A DNA stretch of 64,000 nucleotides from an uncultured Chloroflexia bacterium (GCA_963777355.1 CAVZQK010000020.1:1-64000); one strand, 5' to 3'. Positions 1 through 10,783 are shown, numbered from the stretch's first letter. Numbers and translations: made by a program. Notes: generated by a model from the letters alone, not told the origin.

Positions 1-13
1 GGCAGGTGCCTGT

Positions 14-200
14 TACGGGCAGCAACAAAGACGCCGCCCCAGAGTGCTGGGATAGCCTGTAATCAGTTGTAACCAGGTGATAAGAAGTGGTACCAGGAAG
101 GAAAATTCCTGAATGAGTAACCTGGTACCACTTCTTATCACCTGGTTACAACAATACGGCTATCCAGCACTCTGGGGCGGCGTCTTTGTTGCTGCCGTAG
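14..200. repeat. ~85-bp near-perfect inverted repeat: upstream arm (14-98) is reverse complement of dedA codons 4-29 (122-200); start codon lies in the 23-nt loop
   Basis: two blocks of 31 and 30 nt are identical in reverse complement, separated by a short divergent centre; spacer contains the palindrome GGAAAATTCC. Confidence 0.8.
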
Positions 201-913
201 GGATTCCACTGCCCATCAGCCTCGTCTTTCTGGGTGCTGGAGCATTCGCTGCGTTAGGCGATTTCAATCTTTTCCTTTTAGCCCTTATCGGTATCAGCGC
301 TTCAGTGAGCGGGGATAGTGTCGGCTATCTGATCGGTAAGAAATGGGGGAGTAAAGTATTTTACTGGCTCAGCCAACAGCAGAGGATACGCTTTCTCTCC
401 CCCCAAAGGCTAGAAAAATCGCGAGCCTATTTCAGCAAACGAGGAGGATTAGCCGTCTTTTTCAGCCGCTTTCTTTTCGCAGGTCTGGGCGGTACCATCA
501 ACATCATAGCAGGAGCAGAGTTTTATCCCTATCCCCATTTCTTGCTGTATGACCTGGGCGGAGAGTGCCTGGGCGCGCTTATTCCCCTGATTCTCGGCTA
601 CACGTTCGGAGCAAGTTGGGAAGCAGTCGGAGATATCCTCTCTACCTCCTCGCTGGCCATAGTCGCACTCCTCTGCACCGCTTATCTCACCTGGCGCTTT
701 ATCAAACAGCTCCAACGCGTTCCGCGTACGCAGATAGAGGTGAAGCAGATTGCGAAGGCGAAAAAAAGCCAGGATGAGGCGGAGGATCTGCAAAATTCTG
801 CCACTTTAGGCGGAAGTCAAACGTATAGTAAAGAAACAAATGCTTATTTACAACCCAGCTTAGATAGTTTGCCAGGAAACTACACCAAAAACGGGCCGGG
901 GGGACTAGAATGA
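113..913 (+). CDS. DedA/VTT-family (SNARE-associated) inner-membrane protein
   Basis: 266 aa, multiple TM helices; G/P-rich re-entrant motif 'VGIPLPISLVFLGAGA' and 'FFSRFLFAGLGG' typical of DedA family; RBS-like AGGAAGG 10 nt upstream of ATG. Confidence 0.6.
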   Translation: MSNLVPLLITWLQQYGYPALWGGVFVAAVGIPLPISLVFLGAGAFAALGDFNLFLLALIGISASVSGDSVGYLIGKKWGSKVFYWLSQQQRIRFLSPQRLEKSRAYFSKRGGLAVFFSRFLFAGLGGTINIIAGAEFYPYPHFLLYDLGGECLGALIPLILGYTFGASWEAVGDILSTSSLAIVALLCTAYLTWRFIKQLQRVPRTQIEVKQIAKAKKSQDEAEDLQNSATLGGSQTYSKETNAYLQPSLDSLPGNYTKNGPGGLE

Positions 914-1122
914 AAGGGGGTCTTGCGTTATAATTGGAGTAGGAATAATTTCCGACCTGGCTATGTTTCTCTTAGTAGGAACATAAAGCACGTCATTGAT
1001 TTCCTCCCACTCGGCACTCGGACAGTACGGTCCGAAGAAGACTCGCATCCCTGAGTGTAGGACCAGACTGACAAATGACATATCTTGCTGCTTAGGATAT
1101 TACTTTTCATGGAGGGCGCACA

Positions 1123-2364
1123 ATGATTGACACGAAGCGTGCCATGACGGGAACAACGCTTACCTTGCCAAAGACAAAAGATGATACAGGCCTTGACCAG
1201 AAACCGTTTGATATTGTCGAACAGCTTCTGACAAAAGACCTTGATTATACACCAGAGGAAGAAGATGGGGAGGAGACCGCAAAAGATGAGCCGGAGCTTG
1301 ACGAAGACTTTAACACGATGGAGACCGGCCCATTGGAACTAGAAACAGGCCCACTGGAACTAGAGGAAATTTCTGATCTTCACGAAGATATTCCTGCCGA
1401 AACCCATGAGATGGAAACTGGCTCTGTTCTCCCCCTGCCAACCAGCACAACCGAGACGGAACCTGCGGCCAGGCGTACAGCTACTATGCGCCGTCGTCGC
1501 TCAGAAGATCAGGATGAAAATGCGGTCAACGCGGCTGACGCTGGCGAGTCTGATGCCGTCATGACGTACTTGCGTGAGATCGGACGCGTGCCGATGATTA
1601 CTCATGAGCGAGAGATTGAACTGGCGAAGCGCATTGAGAGCGGTGATCGCGATGCGATGAAGCAGTTTATTCTGGCAAACTTGCGGCTCGTAGTGAGTAT
1701 TGCGAAGCGCTATGTGGGACGTGGGTTGACGCTCCTCGATCTGATTCAAGAAGGAAATATTGGCCTTATTCGAGCTGTCCAGCGTTACGACTGGCGGCGC
1801 GGACACCGCTTTTCGACCCATGCGACCTGGTGGATTCGCCAGGCAATTAGCCGGGCCGTGGCGGACAAAGGGCGTACTATTCGCCTTCCCGTCTATGTAA
1901 ATACCGCTTTAAACCGTATTCGTCGTGAACGCCAACGCCTCTTACAAGAACTGGGACGCGAGCCTACAGAGCTAGAGCTGGCCGACGCAACGGGGCTTGA
2001 TCCCCTGCGCATGGTAGAATTGCAAGCGGCCCCCGGCGCTCCTGTCTCACTGGAACTGCCGGTTGGTGAAGATGAAGAGCAAGAACTCGGCGATGTCCTG
2101 GCTGACACCGAATCTGCCTCTCCCGAAGACCTGGCTACGACGCAGACGCTGAAAGATGAGGTCCAGCGCGTCCTCGAATTAGTGCTCACACCCCGTGAAC
2201 AACTGGTCTTGCAGTTGCGTTTTGGTCTGGGAAATGGACAGGCTCATCCGTTAGAGCAGGTCGGACGCGAACTTGGTATTACCCGTGAGCGCGTGCGCCA
2301 GATTGAAGCCGGAGCACTGGCCAAGCTACGCCAGCCACCCGTGCTTGATCGCTTGCGCGGCTAG
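1123..2364 (+). CDS. RNA polymerase sigma-70 family factor (RpoD/SigA-like, group 1/2) with acidic N-terminal extension
   Basis: region 2 '[54 protein letters not shown]', region 4 HTH '[18 protein letters not shown]'; N-terminus D/E-rich with tandem 'ETGPLELE' repeat. Confidence 0.85.
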   Translation: MIDTKRAMTGTTLTLPKTKDDTGLDQKPFDIVEQLLTKDLDYTPEEEDGEETAKDEPELDEDFNTMETGPLELETGPLELEEISDLHEDIPAETHEMETGSVLPLPTSTTETEPAARRTATMRRRRSEDQDENAVNAADAGESDAVMTYLREIGRVPMITHEREIELAKRIESGDRDAMKQFILANLRLVVSIAKRYVGRGLTLLDLIQEGNIGLIRAVQRYDWRRGHRFSTHATWWIRQAISRAVADKGRTIRLPVYVNTALNRIRRERQRLLQELGREPTELELADATGLDPLRMVELQAAPGAPVSLELPVGEDEEQELGDVLADTESASPEDLATTQTLKDEVQRVLELVLTPREQLVLQLRFGLGNGQAHPLEQVGRELGITRERVRQIEAGALAKLRQPPVLDRLRG

Positions 2365-2387
2365 GATTAGATAAACGTCACGAGATT

Positions 2388-2446
2388 CCAGAATCCCCGC
2401 AGGAGGGCGGCTTTGAGAAAGGCCTTCGTCCTGCGGGGATTCTGCG
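2388..2446 (+). other. stable stem-loop (14-bp perfect stem GAATCCCCGCAGGA/TCCTGCGGGGATTC, 23-nt loop) downstream of sigma factor gene; no U-tract
   Basis: perfect inverted repeat read directly; lacks T-run on either strand so not a canonical intrinsic terminator. Confidence 0.5.
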
Positions 2447-2467
2447 TGCTTAGACTGATTAAAGAAA

Positions 2468-3431
2468 GTGAAGGGGTGCAGTATTTTGTCAGAGAGACAA
2501 TTTGATTGCTTTGAGGCCTGGAGGTACTTGCCTATCACACGCTGGCATAACCAGGATTGCCTGCTTGGCTATGTTCCTCCAGTTCCAATGGATGGTATGA
2601 CGCCTCCTCACATTGATGATGTCTATATGCTGTGGTTCATTTGTCAGGGTAAGATAGATCTGATAATTAATGACGCCTGTTTTCCAGTACCCCCTGGCTC
2701 CCTTCTTTGGACTAGTCCTTCTCTTTTGCATGCCCATCGAGCTGCTGGAAATATTGAAGTACTCTGGTGCTTTTTCTCACCTTCTTTTGTTCAAGAAGTA
2801 TGGCAGGATATATGGCCGAGAATCAACTCCCCACATGCGGCTATTATACCAGCAGCAAAACCACTATACATAACACTTCTCCGTCTCATCCATGAAATCA
2901 AGTATACTGATAGAACAAGTAGTCACCTCTTCTCACTGCTCTCACATATAACACTAGTTGATATATTGCGCATGTTTTTTTCGCAGCAGAAAACTTATAA
3001 CCCGATTTCTACCTCAGAGGTTTCTCTCGGTACCTCTTCTATCAGCGAATCTATCGCTCAAGCCATCATACTATTTCGTTCAGAATGTTGTCGCGAAGAA
3101 ATTACTCCAAAACAGGCTGCTGAACAGGTTGGTCTAAGCCTCTTTCACTTCACCCGGCGCTTCAAACAGGAAGTTGGTATTGCGCCTGGTCATTACTTAC
3201 GTGAACTTCGCCTCAATCAAGCCTCTCATCTTCTACTCAGCACTCGCCTTCCTCTTGATGAGATTGCACAACGCATGTGGCTTGAGCTCTGCTCGTCATC
3301 TCTCTGATCTTTGTCATGCTAGATTTGGAAAAAGCCCAACACAGATACGTCATTATCCTGGAAATACTACGATTATAACTCAACTTCCAGAGCAAAAAAT
3401 CGTTGGTAATGAGCAAAGAAATGTGTTGTGA
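2468..3431 (+). CDS. AraC-family transcriptional regulator (cupin-like N-domain + AraC HTH), interrupted by a +1 frameshift near 3275
   Basis: C-terminal 'LSLFHFTRRFKQEVGIAPGHYLRELRLNQASHLLL...DEIAQR' continues in other frame as 'CGLSSARHLSDLCHARFGKSPTQIRHY' (second AraC helix-turn-helix); removing one base at ~3275 restores a single ORF. Confidence 0.7.
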
Positions 3432-3507
3432 GCCCTCACCAGATTTGATACATTTCCCCAGGAACAAGTAACTTACTCAATTTGTAATAATTCTAGAGGA
3501 GAGAAAT

Positions 3508-4341
3508 ATGTCTGAAGGCAACCAGCCAGTCCATCATGGTTATATTGAAGTACCTGGGGCTCGACTCTACTATGAAAATGCAGGAGAAGGCAAACCTGTC
3601 GTCTTTCTTCATGGCGGCTTGCTCGATAGCCGCATGTGGGATGAACAGTTTCAAGTCTTTGCCCAACACTATCAGGTTATCCGCTACGATATGAGGCGCT
3701 CTGGCAAGAGTGAGGATACGGCTTCTACAGAGCCATATATGCCTATTCTTTATCGAGATTTACATGATCTGCTTCATACTCTCGTCGGTGAACCTGCCAC
3801 TCTCGTCGGTCTCTCCGGCGGCGCTCGCGTGGCTATTGATTTAGCAATAGCCTGCCCTGAGCTAATCCATAAGCTGGTGCTGGTTTCGCCTGGAATGAGT
3901 GGCTATGAGTTTGTCGATGAATGGACACATCAGCGTATTCAAGAACTTCAGGAAGCTGAGTCACAAGGAAATGTAGCAGGCGTGGTCGAGGCATCTATGA
4001 CAATGTGGACCGCTGGACCATATCGTACGCTTGAACAAATCCCACTTTCAATTCGGGAAAGTATTCATCTTATGGCAACGCGAGCAGTTTCACAGCATTT
4101 GCTTGACCTGGAGATAGGTGAGTTGGAGCCTTCTGCGATTACGCGTCTCACCGAAATTCAGGCTCCTACTTTAATAGTGCTTAGTGAAAAGGATACTTCT
4201 GATATTCACACGATTGGAAAGCTACTCCATGAGCATGTAGTCGGATCAGAATTGGTAACAATTGCTGATGTCGGGCACACGCTCACAATGGAGAATCCAT
4301 TTGAGTTTGATAGTCTTGTTGATCAATTTTTACGCGGATAG
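3508..4341 (+). CDS. alpha/beta-hydrolase fold protein
   Basis: 'VVFLHGG' oxyanion region, nucleophile elbow 'GLSGG', 277 aa; strong RBS GGAGAG upstream. Confidence 0.7.
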   Translation: MSEGNQPVHHGYIEVPGARLYYENAGEGKPVVFLHGGLLDSRMWDEQFQVFAQHYQVIRYDMRRSGKSEDTASTEPYMPILYRDLHDLLHTLVGEPATLVGLSGGARVAIDLAIACPELIHKLVLVSPGMSGYEFVDEWTHQRIQELQEAESQGNVAGVVEASMTMWTAGPYRTLEQIPLSIRESIHLMATRAVSQHLLDLEIGELEPSAITRLTEIQAPTLIVLSEKDTSDIHTIGKLLHEHVVGSELVTIADVGHTLTMENPFEFDSLVDQFLRG

Positions 4342-4568
4342 GTCTGATTTGCACCTTTCCCGGCGGTCTCCTTCTCCTCAGAATCTGCCGTTGTCTCTTT
4401 CCGTTGACCCAGCACTTCCCGTACAACCCCAAGAAATTCCTGAACCAGGGGCGAGGACTCTTCCCGACGCCAGACCACAACGGTCTCGACGGTGATATCA
4501 ATCGTCACATCGGCCAGAGGACGGTACACGATTCCCTGGGTATGCAGGGTCATCGCTGAAGCAGGCAA
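4323..4568 (-). CDS. small hypothetical ORF (possible gene fragment)
   Basis: 81-aa ORF in gap between convergent genes; protein-like composition but no recognisable motif. Confidence 0.2.
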   Translation of the reverse strand: MPASAMTLHTQGIVYRPLADVTIDITVETVVVWRREESSPLVQEFLGVVREVLGQRKETTADSEEKETAGKGANQTYPRKN

Positions 4569-4602
4569 AAGGGACTTCGCAGATAAGAATAAAAGCTCAT
4601 GC

Positions 4603-6225
4603 CTATTCGGGCGGTAACATTGCCAGTAAATTTCCTGGCGTTACTACTTCGTACTCGCTGCCTAATTGTGCTATCACCTGCGTTAGTTCTGTGGGACCAA
4701 GCTGCCAGGCTAGCACATAGAGATTGATAAAATAGGGCCGCTTTGCGGGCGTTGCTTGCTTAATCATATGCACGGCCTCAGCGACGCTTTTAGCGGTCCC
4801 CAAATTCTGGAAGATAGGGATGCCCGCCCGATAGATCCAGCTCACCCTGGTCAGGCCGCCGCCGCTTAAGATGCCATGTACGCCAAATTGTGACAGAACA
4901 CGAGCGAACTTACGCTGAAGACCCGGCTCAATCAGAGCTAATCCTGCACCCGTTGTCATCGCACGATAGATCAGAAGAGGATGCCGCCAATAGTTCGAGT
5001 CCAGCACCTGCAATACTTTCAGGTTCATCTGTTGCATTAGCCTTCCGCTATGTTCCAGATAGCCCTCAAGCTGACTGGCGGGCCATTTTGCGGGATAGCA
5101 GTAAGCTATGCCACTGGGGCCAGCGATAAATTCGTCGTTGGGCGAGGCGGTGCGTTGATAGTAATCTAGCAGCTCCGGAGCTGCCTGCGGCATCACTACC
5201 GAAATAGGCCAGCCAAGCGGCAACGAACCACGCTCCGGCTGCCGCCAGATATCTACCATGCGCTCCTGCACATATTGCAGGTTGTCTCCCTCGCTGAAAG
5301 TAAAAGAGAGATAGACCTTTTTCTCTAGCACTGCTACAGCATGAGCAGGGGGAGGAGAAGTAGGCTGAGCAGGTTGAGGTGGCGAGACGGCGCTCCAGAT
5401 TTCGAGATTGGAGAAATAGTCGGTGCAGACAACCGGAATGGCGGCCTTCGAGGTCATCGTCACTCCCGAACCTTCCTGCACAAACCAGCCAAGATGGACG
5501 GCTGAAGAGCGATAGCGGCGCAGAATGCGGCGCATCAAACCATACTCAGACTGCCACCTCTGCGCAGGCTGAGGCAAGAAGCCAAGCGGATTGAGCCAGT
5601 AGATAAATGTTTTCGTCGCCACCAGGAAAGGACGAATTCCAAGTGCATTTTTGGGGTCCATCCCAGCTACCAGACGATTCGTACAGAAGGGCAACAGGTT
5701 TTTATACGCCCAGCGATACGCCTGCAAACGCGTGCGCCAATGATATCTACGCAGGTCTTCATGAACGGTCAAAGAGTAAGGAGCCTGCTGGAGAGACTCG
5801 GCCTGCGCGGGAGAGACAATCACACAGTCAGTCAGTCCCGCCATCATCGTGGCGATATTGACAGAATCAGGTAGGGCCGGATCATAGATAATCAGCCCTT
5901 TCACATGTGAGTTCTCTTGCGTGAGAAGCTCATGCAGAATCTCTTCATCGTGCAGGGCAGAGAGTGTATGAGGGATAGCAGCAAGTGCTTCGGAGAGCAG
6001 GAAAGCATCATTCCTGCGGCTGAGCAGATAGATCCGAGGGCGAGGACGATTGAAGATGCCAGCCAGAGTTGCAATACTCAGTTGCAGCTCATATGGGGCT
6101 GTGCGCACATTATAGACGATCAGGTGCTCAGGTCGCTCAAACGCAGGCAAGAGACGCTCATTCGACCAGTCGAGTTGGAGATCCACCACAGAACTCTTCA
6201 TGCGAAGTCCTTTCTCTGCTAACAT
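4603..6225 (-). CDS. GxGYxYP-family protein (putative glycoside hydrolase-like domain)
   Basis: 540 aa; C-terminal 'GPSGIAYCYPAKWP' matches GxGYxYP motif. Confidence 0.45.
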   Translation of the reverse strand: MLAEKGLRMKSSVVDLQLDWSNERLLPAFERPEHLIVYNVRTAPYELQLSIATLAGIFNRPRPRIYLLSRRNDAFLLSEALAAIPHTLSALHDEEILHELLTQENSHVKGLIIYDPALPDSVNIATMMAGLTDCVIVSPAQAESLQQAPYSLTVHEDLRRYHWRTRLQAYRWAYKNLLPFCTNRLVAGMDPKNALGIRPFLVATKTFIYWLNPLGFLPQPAQRWQSEYGLMRRILRRYRSSAVHLGWFVQEGSGVTMTSKAAIPVVCTDYFSNLEIWSAVSPPQPAQPTSPPPAHAVAVLEKKVYLSFTFSEGDNLQYVQERMVDIWRQPERGSLPLGWPISVVMPQAAPELLDYYQRTASPNDEFIAGPSGIAYCYPAKWPASQLEGYLEHSGRLMQQMNLKVLQVLDSNYWRHPLLIYRAMTTGAGLALIEPGLQRKFARVLSQFGVHGILSGGGLTRVSWIYRAGIPIFQNLGTAKSVAEAVHMIKQATPAKRPYFINLYVLAWQLGPTELTQVIAQLGSEYEVVTPGNLLAMLPPE

Positions 6226-6329
6226 ATTTCATAACATTGAAACATGCTTATTTTACTGAGAGCGTGCCCAATCTCAATTTGTTCTTTTTCTTCTATTTAC
6301 ACTTTCTGTTTTTTGTCTGAATCAACATC

Positions 6330-6760
6330 TCCAATCGTCTTAGTATATCCTCAGCAGGGATATGATTTCTAGGGGGATATCTCTCTGGCTCGGTCATTCT
6401 CGCCTCTGCCATTTCTCGCAAGCAAGATAATGAGGCTTTCTTTGCGGTTCTCTATGATGCCAGACGCCATTTCGGTGTGCCAGAGGTGCTCGTTTCGGGC
6501 AATGGTACCATCTTTACCTCTCACGATACGCGCTGGATGTGTGAGCAGCTTGGAATTGAGAAAAAGGAAATTAAGAAGGGACGACCCTATTAAAATTATA
6601 TAGAAGCGGCATCTGGTTGTACAAAGACGTATAGCTGATTGGTCGTTTGAAAAAGCACAAACCTTGGAAGATTTGCTGGCAGCTCACGATAAATGGATGA
6701 GGGACTACAATTTCCAGCGCCATCTCGCTCATGAGAATCGTGACTGTGGAAGGTTGCTCA
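6330..6760 (+). mobile_element. DDE transposase/integrase remnant (rve core C-terminal part; IS3/IS481-like), disrupted by stops
   Basis: translation gives 'NEAFFAVLYDARRHFGVPEVLVSGNGTIFTSHDTRWMCEQLGIEKKEIKKGRPY*' (DDE 'SDNG'-like region with D->G) then, after stops, 'LEDLLAAHDKWMRDYNFQRHLAHENR' (integrase C-terminal YN..RPH motif); no intact ORF, no obvious terminal inverted repeats. Confidence 0.6.
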
Positions 6761-7624
6761 GAACCCACTTGAGACGCTTGATCTCGAAGATCGCAGTCGG
6801 GAGATTTTGGCTGGTGTATCTGCTTCGTCCAACGAGATGTAGACAGTCATGGTGAGATCTGGGGCGTCAAACACCTGAAACGTCACAAGCTCAAACACGA
6901 GATAGCCTACTTGCGGATGATTGAACGCTTTGTGACCTTCTGATGCACTGAGCACCTCATGATCTGGCCACCAGGCCCGAAATTCAGGGCTGGCACTCAT
7001 CAGATCATGGATCAACTCGGTTAACCAGGGATCACCAGGATAGCGACCACACGTGGCCCGGAATTGTGCTAAGAGCCGTCGCGCATGCCCTTCCCAATCG
7101 ACAAGAAATTGCCGATACATTGGTGAGGTAAACATTCGCCAGACGACATTGCGTTCGTGAGCGGTCATCTGCTCATAATCGCCAAAGACGACGCGGGCTG
7201 CTTCGTTCCAGGCCACCACATCCCATCGTCGTCCTGTCACAAAGGCAGGACTGAGACCCTGATGATCGAGGAAGAGCTGTAAGGCCGGACTCACAGTTTC
7301 AGGCTCCAGGGACCTCGCTGGAGGAGGTTGTTGGTGAGCTAAGAAGAAGAGATGTGCTCGCTCATCGGCATTCAAGCGTAAAGCCTGTACGAGGCTTTCT
7401 AAGACCTGCGTCGAAACGGTAATCGGGCGTCCCTGCTCCAACCAGGTGTACCAGTCCACACTGACGCCTGAGAGTTGGGCAACTTCTGCGCGTCTGAGTC
7501 CTGGGGCCCGCCGCCTGCTTCCTCGCGGCAGCCCTACATCTTCAGGTGCAATCCGGTTCCTCCTGGTGCGCAGGAAATCTCCCAGTTCTTGCAAGCGCTG
7601 CTCCTCCTGCTCATGTGCCATCAT
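6758..7624 (-). CDS. XRE-family HTH regulator with MmyB-like C-terminal domain
   Basis: 'LRRAEVAQLSGVSVDWYTWLEQGR' HTH; architecture and length typical of MmyB-like regulators; divergent to an SDR gene. Confidence 0.6.
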   Translation of the reverse strand: MMAHEQEEQRLQELGDFLRTRRNRIAPEDVGLPRGSRRRAPGLRRAEVAQLSGVSVDWYTWLEQGRPITVSTQVLESLVQALRLNADERAHLFFLAHQQPPPARSLEPETVSPALQLFLDHQGLSPAFVTGRRWDVVAWNEAARVVFGDYEQMTAHERNVVWRMFTSPMYRQFLVDWEGHARRLLAQFRATCGRYPGDPWLTELIHDLMSASPEFRAWWPDHEVLSASEGHKAFNHPQVGYLVFELVTFQVFDAPDLTMTVYISLDEADTPAKISRLRSSRSSVSSGF

Positions 7625-7934
7625 TTCCTCTCTTCTTTACTCGTAGATTGCGGGAATGTAGGAGTCTCACTCCTATGATAAATGCTCGTCTTGTTCTAGG
7701 TTCCCTTTCAGTATACACTTTCGATGTGTCGAAAACAACGCTCGCGCGACAAGGGCATGGTATCGATACCTATTCGGTCAAGGAACGCTTGTCGAAGGGC
7801 GTGATGCTGGCTGCATTGCTTGCCAGACCGGCGCACGCATGAGGGACGACACAAGCAATCATGCTGTACTACCTGACTTGATGTGTGGTCACACGACCGA
7901 AACCCTACCCTACGTTATGATGGAGGAATTTCCT

Positions 7935-8852
7935 ATGAAAGTTTTTGTTACCGGCGCGACCGGATATATCGGCTCGGCTATCGTTCGCGAGCTTTTAGCT
8001 GCCGGGCATCAGGTCCTCGGCCTGGCTCGCTCAGATGCCGCTGCCACATCGCTCACTTCTGTCGGAGCACAGGTACATCGCGGTTCCCTCGATGACCTTA
8101 ACAGCCTGCGCAGCGCAGCTGCGGCATCCGACGGCGTGATTCATACCGCCTACTTCACGGTATCTTCCGATCTTGCGAGGTCCGGTGAAGCGGATCTGCG
8201 CGCCATCAAGACGCTTGGCGCGGAACTTGCTGGCTCTAGTCGCCCGTTTGTCGTGACCTCCGCTATTGGTCTTCTCCTACCGGGTCGTCTTGGGACGGAG
8301 GAGGACGCAGCGTCTCCCAACTCATTTGGGGCGTCTCGCGTTGCCTCAGAAGAAGCGGCGCTGGAGCTTTCCTCGCGTGGTGTGCGCGTGTCAATCGTAC
8401 GACTGCCGCCAACGACCCATGGCGAGGGCGACCACGGTTTTGTCCCAACCCTCATCAGCGTTGCTCGCACGAAAGGCGTGTCTGCGTACCCAGGCGACGG
8501 ATCGAATCGTTGGCCTGCTGTGCACCGGCTCGATGCGGCACATCTGTACCGGCTGGCGCTGGAGAAGGCCCCAGCGAGATCAGTGCTGCACGCAGTCGCA
8601 GACGAAGGGGTGCCGGTGCGCGAGATCGCAGGCGAAATTTCCCGACGCCTGGGCGTTCCAGTCGTCTCTCTGCCTATCGAGGAAGCAGGCTCACACTTCG
8701 GCTGGATTGGGCACGTCTTCTCACTGGATATTCCGGCATCGAGCACGCTGACCCGACAACGGTTGGGATGGCAGCCCGTGCAACCCGGTTTGCTGGCTGA
8801 TCTCAACGGCGATTACTACTTTACGAACGAGGCATGGTCAAAATTGCGTTGA
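7935..8852 (+). CDS. NAD(P)-binding SDR-family oxidoreductase/epimerase (NmrA-like)
   Basis: 'MKVFVTGATGYIGSAIVRELLAAGHQV' Rossmann motif; GGAGG RBS 8 nt upstream of this ATG (ORF track extends to 7839). Confidence 0.75.
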   Translation: MKVFVTGATGYIGSAIVRELLAAGHQVLGLARSDAAATSLTSVGAQVHRGSLDDLNSLRSAAAASDGVIHTAYFTVSSDLARSGEADLRAIKTLGAELAGSSRPFVVTSAIGLLLPGRLGTEEDAASPNSFGASRVASEEAALELSSRGVRVSIVRLPPTTHGEGDHGFVPTLISVARTKGVSAYPGDGSNRWPAVHRLDAAHLYRLALEKAPARSVLHAVADEGVPVREIAGEISRRLGVPVVSLPIEEAGSHFGWIGHVFSLDIPASSTLTRQRLGWQPVQPGLLADLNGDYYFTNEAWSKLR

Positions 8853-9243
8853 CTGTTTCCACACAAGGAACTTCTAGAGAAATGCATTGTTCTTTTTCAT
8901 ATCCGTGCTGCCGGGCCACGTAAAATCCCGGCTTCCTCTTTCCACCCCTGAAGATGCCAACAAGTAGACACTGCAATAAGGCACATTGTCCAGCCAGGCT
9001 TGCGGCATCCTTACGATATGGTGCGGAATCGCGTACTACCGCTTTGAGCACAGGAAGATACGTAGATACACCATTGAAGGCCGGAGACAAATCATGTTCA
9101 TCATCGCCTTTACTTAACTCCCAACATACAGCAATCCCTGCTGCACATTGATTAATGATCTCTCTGGCGCGCGTTGCAATTGCCCTACAGGCAAAGTTGG
9201 CATCGCTATACATTGGAAAATGTCGAGGTAAATATACGAGCAC
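8821..9243 (-). CDS. hypothetical protein
   Basis: 140-aa ORF, no recognisable motif. Confidence 0.25.
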   Translation of the reverse strand: MLVYLPRHFPMYSDANFACRAIATRAREIINQCAAGIAVCWELSKGDDEHDLSPAFNGVSTYLPVLKAVVRDSAPYRKDAASLAGQCALLQCLLVGIFRGGKRKPGFYVARQHGYEKEQCISLEVPCVETVNAILTMPRS

Positions 9244-9750
9244 GAGCCAGCTGAAGATGATGTAGAAAGAGGGGAAACTATGCGATGAAAGAGCTATTGA
9301 GAGCTATCCTGTTACAACACTAGAAACTCCGCCATTTTTCTCTGCAATCGCTCCTATTATGCAGGATTTTAGCACGCCATGCGGTTAAAGTCGTTTCTCA
9401 CGAGATCAGTACCTGCTGACATTTCCTGAAGGCACATACAAAACCGAGCTACTACCACGCCTGCACAATGCCCTTTACTCTCTCCCGGATATATTCTGCT
9501 GGAGACGACTACAAGCGACGCGCCCCCTCAGCTATTTGCAATTTGAGGTCGATATGCTCCCGCGAAGATAGGTACGCGTCGGCTATTACTCGACCTCTCG
9601 ATGAGCGTTGCCTCTCGACCTACGAGACAAGCTACAGAGGGCAGACGAAGGCTGAGCGAGCTACAAGATTACTGTCACACGACGAGCAGGGCTTAGCCCG
9701 TGACGCTCCGTAACTCCCAGCAAGCTTTCTATAAGATGTTAATGTATTCC

Positions 9751-10728
9751 TTATTTGGCAACGAGGACTTTGCTATGCCAGCGCCAGGCGGTCTCTAGAA
9801 TGGTCTCCAGACCGTACTGTGCCTTCCAGCCCAGCTCCTGCTCGGCCCTGGCTGCATCAGCCCAGACGGCGGCAGGGTCTCCGGGGCGGCGCGGACCGTA
9901 GATGACTTTGAAATCAACACCGGTGATACGTTTGGCCTCTGTTACGACTTCCTGGACCGAATGACCCGTTCCCGTACCCAGATTGTAGAATGTACTACGG
10001 TCTTCTTTCACCAGTTGCTCCAGAGCTTTGACGTGCGCAACCGCCAGGTCTATGACATGGATATAATCGCGAATAGCGGTCCCGTCAGGAGTAGAATAGT
10101 CGGTTCCGAAAACCGTGATCGCCTCTGCATAGCCAGCCGCCGCCTTCATCACCAGAGGAATCAGGTTGTGCGTATTATTCCAATCCTCACCGATGCTAGC
10201 ATCCAGGGAGGCACCAGCGGCATTAAAATAGCGCAGTGAGCTGGAGCGAATATTCTTGGTGACGTCGTACCATTTCAAGATCGTCTCGCCCATCAACTTG
10301 GTCTCACCGTAGACGCTCTCTGGACCCTTCGGGGCATCCTCTGAGACTGGAAGCTGCTTTGGGTTTCCAAAGATTGAGCAGCTTGAGGAGAAAACGAGCG
10401 CATGCACATTATGGCGTACCATCGTATCCAACAAAGTGACTAAACCGCTCACATTATTGCGAAAGTATTTTGACGGCTCGGCCATTGATTCGCCCGGAGC
10501 CTTGTAGGCGGCAAAATGAATTACCGCATCCGGCTTCTCCTGCTCAAAGACGCTCTCCAGAAATGCCTCGTCCGTCACACTGCCTACACGCAACGGCACG
10601 CCCTGCACGGCTTCCTTACTGCTCAACTCCAATGTATCAACCACCACAACATCATAGCCGCGCTCAACCAGCTCGTGGACTGTATGCGATCCGATATAGC
10701 CCGCACCCCCAGTAACCAGTACTTTCAT
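9751..10728 (-). CDS. galE: UDP-glucose 4-epimerase
   Basis: 'MKVLVTGGAGYIGSHTVHELVERGYDVVVVD', 'YxxxK' region, full-length GalE similarity; GGAGGG RBS before this ATG. Confidence 0.85.
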   Translation of the reverse strand: MKVLVTGGAGYIGSHTVHELVERGYDVVVVDTLELSSKEAVQGVPLRVGSVTDEAFLESVFEQEKPDAVIHFAAYKAPGESMAEPSKYFRNNVSGLVTLLDTMVRHNVHALVFSSSCSIFGNPKQLPVSEDAPKGPESVYGETKLMGETILKWYDVTKNIRSSSLRYFNAAGASLDASIGEDWNNTHNLIPLVMKAAAGYAEAITVFGTDYSTPDGTAIRDYIHVIDLAVAHVKALEQLVKEDRSTFYNLGTGTGHSVQEVVTEAKRITGVDFKVIYGPRRPGDPAAVWADAARAEQELGWKAQYGLETILETAWRWHSKVLVAK

Positions 10729-10783
10729 GTCTTTTTTGCTCCCTCCTGAGTCTGATACAACTTCTTCCATAGCTAAGTATACT

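Noticed and set aside
8150-8806. 218-aa ORF antisense to the SDR gene (and similar long antisense ORFs at 14301-14999, 17879-18322, 32510-32965, 62229-62885)
   Set aside because: They lie fully inside well-supported genes on the opposite strand and are Arg/Ser/Pro-rich with no motifs. They are typical shadow ORFs of mid-to-high-GC coding sequence.
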